Assembly (NCBI GenBank): GCA_050013255.1
Contig: JBEKFP010000002.1
Coordinates: 705,185 to 769,184, forward strand
Origin: Candidatus Bathyarchaeia archaeon
GTDB taxonomy: Archaea; Thermoproteota; Bathyarchaeia; 40CM-2-53-6
DNA: 64,000 bases
Direction of reading: 5' to 3'
Below are positions 58,563-64,000 of the stretch, piece by piece; position 1 is the stretch's first letter; each line of letters begins with the position of its first letter. The translations under genes were made by a program, and so were the position numbers. The notes under the pieces were generated by a model. It worked only from the letters and a program-made list of their open reading frames with translations. It was not told where the DNA came from and ran no database searches.

Positions 58563-58655
58563 GGGCCTGTAGCTCAGCTTGGCTGGAGCACACGACTGAT
58601 AGGATGCATCTCAGAAATCGTGGGGTCGCCGGTTCGAATCCGGCCAGGCCCACCA
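58563..58655 (+). tRNA. tRNA-Ile(GAT) with a 15-nt canonical 37/38 intron
   Basis: GGGCCTG/CAGGCCC-A-CCA; CACGA-CT GAT A[GGATGCATCTCAGAA]A-TCGTG. Confidence 0.95.
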
Positions 58656-58683
58656 AGTTCTACTTCATTCGTCGGCGTATTAG

Positions 58684-59289
58684 GTGGAAAATCGCAGCAA
58701 GAAAATGGCAGAAGGAAACATGAGAATGGGACACAAACGTTTTCCTGAAAGACTCGCATTCATGTTGAACAATCCATTGAGGAGGCGCCTTAGCCCGCCA
58801 GAGAATCTCATCTCGAAACTTGAGATCGGCCCGGAAGATGTGATGGTGGACTTTGGATGTGGGCCTGGATACTTTACGGTTCCTCTTGCAAGAATCGCGC
58901 GAAAGACGTATGGGGTTGATATTTCGTCAGGCATGCTTGAAAGGACGGCCGCGTATGCGAAAAAGAAACGGGTCGATATTGGACTAATCCAAAGTGATGG
59001 AACGCGAATCGATCTTCCGGATGAGAGTGTTGACGGCATCCTCCTCGTTCATGTCTTCCATGAAGTCGAATCGCGGGCTAAGGTCCTTGGCGAGTTCCTA
59101 AGAATTCTCAGGCCTGCCCGTAGGCTGCTAATTGTCGAGAAGACTCACGGGGGCCGCATGCTGAGAAAGCTTGGCCCGCCAATCATCAACGAAGATGAAA
59201 TCATTGATGATATCTCCAAGGCAGGGTTTGCCGCAATCCGCACAGTCCCTGCCGGAAATGATTCAATCATCATTGGGAAAAAACCGTGA
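58684..59289 (+). CDS. Class I SAM-dependent methyltransferase
   Basis: VDFGCGPG, GVDISSGML, E.LRILRP. Confidence 0.9.
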   Translation: MENRSKKMAEGNMRMGHKRFPERLAFMLNNPLRRRLSPPENLISKLEIGPEDVMVDFGCGPGYFTVPLARIARKTYGVDISSGMLERTAAYAKKKRVDIGLIQSDGTRIDLPDESVDGILLVHVFHEVESRAKVLGEFLRILRPARRLLIVEKTHGGRMLRKLGPPIINEDEIIDDISKAGFAAIRTVPAGNDSIIIGKKP

Positions 59290-59468
59290 AAACCCTCTCA
59301 ATGCAAATTCTTATTGAATCTGTTAATTGTGAATAGCGAAACATCGAGGTTGGTCCCGCCGGTTTCGATCATTTCTCTGACGAACCAGTCAGGGGTCGAA
59401 ATGGCATCGGTTATAATTCAGTCTCTTCGGGGAAGCTATAGTTGGTTCTGTCTAGGATTACGTTTGGC

Positions 59469-59729
59469 TCATGGGAAGAGCAGACCTGACAGTATCAGTA
59501 TAGCTAGTCCAATTGAACCCGTCAGGAGCCAAGGCCTGCTCGGAAGCTTAGTCCATCGCTGCGTCCGGTATATGTGAGAGATCATGGCGAATGAGAGTAG
59601 ATCTACCGCTAGGAAGACTGCGAACTTCCCCTCGCTTACGCTGCTCAACGCGCTGAGGGTCCAAAGGAATACGGTCGCGATTGCCTGCAGCAGAAAGAGT
59701 AGACTAACTATCTGTTCATTTTGGTTCAT
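59469..59729 (-). CDS. Small 3-TM protein, last gene of the Rieske/cytochrome b operon
   Basis: Hydrophobic; overlaps the cytochrome b stop. Confidence 0.7.
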   Translation of the reverse strand: MNQNEQIVSLLFLLQAIATVFLWTLSALSSVSEGKFAVFLAVDLLSFAMISHIYRTQRWTKLPSRPWLLTGSIGLAILILSGLLFP

Positions 59730-61206
59730 TTCTATCCACCATTAATTCGAACAAGTGGGTTCTCCTCTTGAGTGAACCTTCTTCGAAGCCCAGCCGGTAC
59801 AATAGGTACATTGAGGCGAACACTGCGCTCCCAATCAAGGTAAGGGAAAAGCCGAGGCTGACGCCCCTCGCGAGGCTTAACCCGTTTAAAGCCATCTCCA
59901 CGATACTATTCAGAGATGTGCCGATTCCAAGAGAACCAAGCGCTATTACACCAACGAAACCAAACGCGACGGGCAGTCTCCGTGAAGCTCCCAGCGGGGT
60001 TTTTCCGGATTGGAGGTTGCCTACCATTTTCTTCTGTGCGAGTCTGTAAAGAACGAATGAGGTTAGAGCAATGAGAAGAGCCGTTCCTCCTAGGACTTCG
60101 ACTGCTTGAACCGAGGCAATGACCTGGCCTGGCGTCAATAGGCCCCAATATGCAAGGACAATTAGTTCGCCGACGAAGATCAAACCCAGGGTGACAAAAT
60201 TAGGCCTTTCAACAATCATCCTGCTCTCGCCGCGATCGATGAAAGGAAGAAGAAATAGTATGATGAAGAGCACGGTTACCAATGCGAGCGCCACAGGAAG
60301 ACCCGCCCCCTCGAACACTGAGATCTTGAGTATCTGGTAGATCCAGAGGAAGTACCAATCTGGTTGCGGGACGAATTGGGCTGCAAGTTCTGGAGTGTAT
60401 TGCGGAGGAAGGCTCAGCGGGAAAATAGCGGAAATTAACAACATAACACTCCCGAAGATTGCTGCCAGTTCGAGGAGATATATGAGAACATCTGGAAAAA
60501 TCGGGATTAGCTTAGTCTCTTTCCGGCGTCCGGGTTGCCGCGTGGCCGGCTTTGATATGCCATGGGTTTCCAGCATGTACATCTTCGCTGTGAGGAGAAC
60601 TAGCAAGACCGCTGGGAGAACCACGACGTGTAGGTCATAGAAACGGAGGAGCTCTGTGGCATCCCCACCTGCACCAACAATTAGGAAGCTAACAAATGAA
60701 GCCAGCTGCGACGGTAAGGCATCAATTATTCCAATTCCAACATCCGTCGCGGATTTTGAGACCACCGTCCACGGGAGCAAATATCCTGTGAAACCGAAAC
60801 CCAGCGTAATGAAACCCATTACCATCCCAACAACCCACATCATTTCTCGCGGTTTCTTGTAGACCGACACGAAGTAACCTCGCATCATGTGCATGAATGC
60901 AAGCATTATCATTGCATAGGCCGTGTAGAGATGAACAGTTTGCAGAAACCTACCATAGTAGACGTTTTGGAAGATGTACTGAGTTGACGGAAAAGCCGCG
61001 GCCGGGCTGGGGACGTAGTAGAGCATCATTATGACGCCCGTGACACCTTGAATCAGAAAGGCTACGACGGTGAGCGCTCCCAACCAGTAGAACGGGTTGA
61101 TGGAATAGGCGGGGGCAGGCCTTAGGAGTGGGTAAGAGAGCCCCAGCCTACTATCAAACCATTTAACCAGACGGGCAAGCCGGTTATCGTATTCGCTTCG
61201 TTTCAC
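59716..61206 (-). CDS. Cytochrome b of a Rieske/cytb (bc-type) complex, SoxN/SoxC-like, with extra C-terminal TMs
   Basis: TG..M..YY.PS, heme ligands VHLY/MHMMR/LHVV, GFTGYLLPW, PDWY (PEWY) motif. Confidence 0.93.
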   Translation of the reverse strand: MKRSEYDNRLARLVKWFDSRLGLSYPLLRPAPAYSINPFYWLGALTVVAFLIQGVTGVIMMLYYVPSPAAAFPSTQYIFQNVYYGRFLQTVHLYTAYAMIMLAFMHMMRGYFVSVYKKPREMMWVVGMVMGFITLGFGFTGYLLPWTVVSKSATDVGIGIIDALPSQLASFVSFLIVGAGGDATELLRFYDLHVVVLPAVLLVLLTAKMYMLETHGISKPATRQPGRRKETKLIPIFPDVLIYLLELAAIFGSVMLLISAIFPLSLPPQYTPELAAQFVPQPDWYFLWIYQILKISVFEGAGLPVALALVTVLFIILFLLPFIDRGESRMIVERPNFVTLGLIFVGELIVLAYWGLLTPGQVIASVQAVEVLGGTALLIALTSFVLYRLAQKKMVGNLQSGKTPLGASRRLPVAFGFVGVIALGSLGIGTSLNSIVEMALNGLSLARGVSLGFSLTLIGSAVFASMYLLYRLGFEEGSLKRRTHLFELMVDRNEPK

Positions 61207-61212
61207 AGGACA

Positions 61213-61842
61213 TTAACTCACTGGGTTTCCGCCTTCAAGATCTGAGGAAATGTCGTTGGACCCGGTGTTATGTCCGAAGATTGTAGGCGGAGTCATTCCC
61301 GTCGCGTAGACATTACCTGATTCATCAACTTCCAAGAGAACTTGAGGTTGAGGCCTCGGAGAGGGGCCTGAAAGCACTTTTGCTCCATGTAGAAAGTCGA
61401 AGACGCTCCCATGGCAACAGCAATACCCTTCTGGCCCCGCAGCGCTGTAGGAAGCGTTACACGCCGGAGATGTTCCGGGCGCCTGAAAGGCGTAGATGCA
61501 CCCCAAGTGCTGGCAGACGCCACTAAATGCGACCAAGTCTCCATCCGGGCCAACTCCACCGTCGGCCTTCTGCCCCAACTTAACCAAAATATTCGGCTCA
61601 TTGTCCAATGGATACGCAAAGACCACTGGTTGATTGATGCTCAAATCAGCCAGTTGGGCGACCTTCACCCTTGGGAATGATTTTGTTCCGACAGGGTTCT
61701 TCGTGCCTTGAGCTGAATTTGTTATGGATTTGGCGATCGCCGCAACACCGCCGACAACCAACAGACCCGAGAAGGTCATGATGAGCTTTAGGAAGTTCCG
61801 TCTTGTTTCCTTAACTCTCCGCCACCGTTCTTGCGCGGCCAT
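61213..61842 (-). CDS. Rieske [2Fe-2S] protein with Tat signal (SoxL/AioB-like)
   Basis: TRRNFLK twin-Arg signal; VCQHLGC and CCCHGSVFD boxes; GPSPRP; start ATG 61842 with a GGCGGTGA SD. Confidence 0.92.
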   Translation of the reverse strand: MAAQERWRRVKETRRNFLKLIMTFSGLLVVGGVAAIAKSITNSAQGTKNPVGTKSFPRVKVAQLADLSINQPVVFAYPLDNEPNILVKLGQKADGGVGPDGDLVAFSGVCQHLGCIYAFQAPGTSPACNASYSAAGPEGYCCCHGSVFDFLHGAKVLSGPSPRPQPQVLLEVDESGNVYATGMTPPTIFGHNTGSNDISSDLEGGNPVS

Positions 61843-61846
61843 TGCG

Positions 61847-63001
61847 TCACCGCCTGCTTCTCTTCGGTTTTGGTCTTGCCAGGATTCCAATGACGACTCC
61901 AACGATAAGGAGACCAATCGCAACTACAGCGGATAGTGTCGGGCTAACGCCGCCTACAGTGGGTTGGGTTGTTGGTGTTGGTGGTGTTTGGTTGCTCATC
62001 GTTAGGTTGTACCATTGTGAAACAGACTTGATATGGGCAGACTCTCCCAACCTTCCGTTCCAAATAGCGAAGGCAGCGAGATAATTCGCCCCGTTTGCAA
62101 GCAGAACTCTATATCCCGCCGCGTCCGAGGGATTGAAAGCCCTGACCATTTCAACCGTCCAAGTCTTGTCAGTTGTAGAGAAGGAATTTCCAGCATGGAC
62201 TAGGTAGGGGTCTGCGTAAGGCACTAGGTTCGGTGAGTCTTGTCCAAAACTGCCTGCAATGACAAAGAATCCTGTTGTGTTGGTGTAGTCATCCTCCGCG
62301 AACGACAGGTTATCGGATGGGAAGATGGGGTTTCCGGATGGGTCTGTATAGCCCCCTGGGAAATCCGTATCGTTGGGGTTATTGTCGGTTGGCACTGACT
62401 GCCAATGCCAAATGTCCGCGGCGCCGCCAGTAATGGCGCCACTTGACCCAAGTTCCATTACAGGCGACTGCTGTCTGTTGGAAGCACTTGGAAGGAACCA
62501 GAGCACTGCTGCTCGGTCTTGGTAGTAGTAGGTTGAATTGTAAAACAATTGGCCCACGTTGGAAGTGCTCGCAGGATCCAAAGGTAGCAGCGTTCCATTC
62601 TGAGCTTGGTAGATTTCGCTTGCGGAGCCAAAGGACGGGCCCTGGTCATCATGCCACTGAAGTAGGACATAGATATCGTACCCATTATTGGCGGACTTGA
62701 CAAGAACATTCGCAGTATGACCCCCACCTGGTGACGCCGAGGCCGCTAAAGGAACTGTTGTCGCGCCGATACCATTCCAGAATGACTCGCTCCCGGGGGC
62801 ATCATAGTTAGGGGCACCGTCTACGCGGTATGAGATTATGCTCGGAATCGATCCCTGAGCACTTGCGAACTTCGTCGCTTGGATTCCATTTGTGAAGAGG
62901 ACTATGAAGGCGAGTAGCAGGAGCAAGGCACAGCGATATTGAATGTGAATCTTTTTGGTCATGCTGAGGTCTCCATGGTTAGAAAGAAGCAGGATTATCA
63001 T
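61847..63001 (-). CDS. Membrane-anchored DOMON-like heme-b protein (ethylbenzene dehydrogenase gamma / CbsA cytochrome b558/566-like)
   Basis: Signal peptide; IYVLLQW.D, DRAAVLW, Met ligand candidate, ADIWHW, WTVE..R, AFAIWNG..GE...KS; C-terminal TM. Confidence 0.78.
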   Translation of the reverse strand: MIILLLSNHGDLSMTKKIHIQYRCALLLLLAFIVLFTNGIQATKFASAQGSIPSIISYRVDGAPNYDAPGSESFWNGIGATTVPLAASASPGGGHTANVLVKSANNGYDIYVLLQWHDDQGPSFGSASEIYQAQNGTLLPLDPASTSNVGQLFYNSTYYYQDRAAVLWFLPSASNRQQSPVMELGSSGAITGGAADIWHWQSVPTDNNPNDTDFPGGYTDPSGNPIFPSDNLSFAEDDYTNTTGFFVIAGSFGQDSPNLVPYADPYLVHAGNSFSTTDKTWTVEMVRAFNPSDAAGYRVLLANGANYLAAFAIWNGRLGESAHIKSVSQWYNLTMSNQTPPTPTTQPTVGGVSPTLSAVVAIGLLIVGVVIGILARPKPKRSRR

Positions 63002-63106
63002 AAGATGCGACGCGTATAAGAAACTAAGGGGCAGGAGTTCTGCCTCGCCAGCCGGTAAGCCAGTGGCCTAAACTGGAGTGAAATCAAAAATGAATTTGCA
63101 TGGGAA

Positions 63107-63517
63107 CTATCGCAGCTCATATTCTAGCTCGCAGTTACAACTTTCCTGGGTCGCAACATACGATCCCTTACCGGTTATTCCTTTGAGTTCTGCTGTCCCA
63201 GAACCTGGAATGACAGTCAAAATGGAATGAGCTGTCCCACCTTCAAAGACGCCTTTATCTTCCATTGCAAAACTACCAGAGTGGCCATTGAGCTTACCCT
63301 GAAGCCGGATTAGGCCAACGTAGTTTGCTGCTGCTTTGTGTGGGTCCTTTTCATCATAATCCCTATAGAACATCAGATACTCAACTGAGGCGTTACCTTC
63401 AATTTGCCCTACAAAGGCAAATGCGACGGAGGCTTTTGTCATCTTCATGTTTGTCGATATATGCTCGTAAGGTTTTTCGTCCCATTTGATCGGAGTATAG
63501 GTTGCTACTGCTTTCAT
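63107..63517 (-). CDS. DUF3224 family protein
   Basis: WDEKPY, F.G.IEG, YVG..R..GKL.G.SGSF, V.PGSGT.EL.GITG. Confidence 0.85.
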   Translation of the reverse strand: MKAVATYTPIKWDEKPYEHISTNMKMTKASVAFAFVGQIEGNASVEYLMFYRDYDEKDPHKAAANYVGLIRLQGKLNGHSGSFAMEDKGVFEGGTAHSILTVIPGSGTAELKGITGKGSYVATQESCNCELEYELR

Positions 63518-64000
63518 TTACGCGTCACTCGGCATACGATTTTCTGCGGCCGTATTTAATCGATGGGGCTCGATTTTGATTGTCCCCAGAAAACTACGCC
63601 ACAATCCTCCGCTGCGCTGAAGGGTTATCGGCAGACGAAAAAGGGTTTGGATAGACCACACATTGAAATCAACGATGAAGCGTGCGGGCACTCACACTTT
63701 CTTGCTGACACGCCAAGGATTGGGCGTGATTCATGGAGAATGTGTCATAAGGTTCTGTGTGGCACGATTGGTTTTCCGCGTCTCCACTAGTTCTTGGCTA
63801 AATGAGAAAAATGGTTCGCACTGTGCATAGGCCTCGAACGTCCATTTGACGGTGGGTTCCATTTTCAGTTCAACACCTTGAGCGATTGGGGGCAGCACGC
63901 TAAACACGTCGACCGAAGTCTTCGTGCGTACACGCCTGCTCCATCAAACCCATCTTCTTTGGGAGCCCTCGTCCAACCCTGACGCCCGTTACCGAGTGTC

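Noticed and set aside
61213-61842. Arsenite oxidase (aioB)
   Set aside because: No molybdopterin large subunit adjacent; context is a cytochrome b complex
63563-64000. ORF 63563..63790 and a partial gene at the window end
   Set aside because: No frame gave a recognisable protein; left unannotated

Overview
Archaeal chromosomal segment. TBP, TFS, an Hjc-like nuclease, BHB-intron tRNAs, an archaeal porCDAB order and S-layer-like proteins point to a TACK lineage; Bathyarchaeia is plausible but is inference only. The standout is a eukaryote-like ubiquitylation cluster at 30.1-36.6 kb. It encodes an Rpn11-like JAMM protease fused to a multi-pass membrane domain, a ubiquitin ending in GG, a UBC-type E2, and an E1 with an N-terminal ubiquitin-like domain. 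No RING E3 is present; instead two paralogous zinc-ribbon/B-box proteins (one membrane-anchored) bracket the core, and a single-pass surface protein with a cytoplasmic zinc-ribbon/wHTH tail follows. Directly downstream (37.7-41.6 kb) is a family of about 7 degenerate recombination-site-like repeats (core ACCATTAG with CACAC arms, two attached to tRNA-3'-end-like sequence), interspersed with zinc-finger microproteins, TBP and TFS. Other notable items: six tRNA genes carrying about 11 introns, many at non-canonical positions; a BlaI/BlaR-like pair with three matching palindromic operators; a DOMON-cytochrome/Rieske/cytochrome b respiratory cluster; porCDAB; two convergent CoxG + acyl-CoA dehydrogenase pairs; and an orphan CARF-wHTH regulator divergent from DUF72-dinB. 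All calls come from motif recognition by eye; no database search was run.
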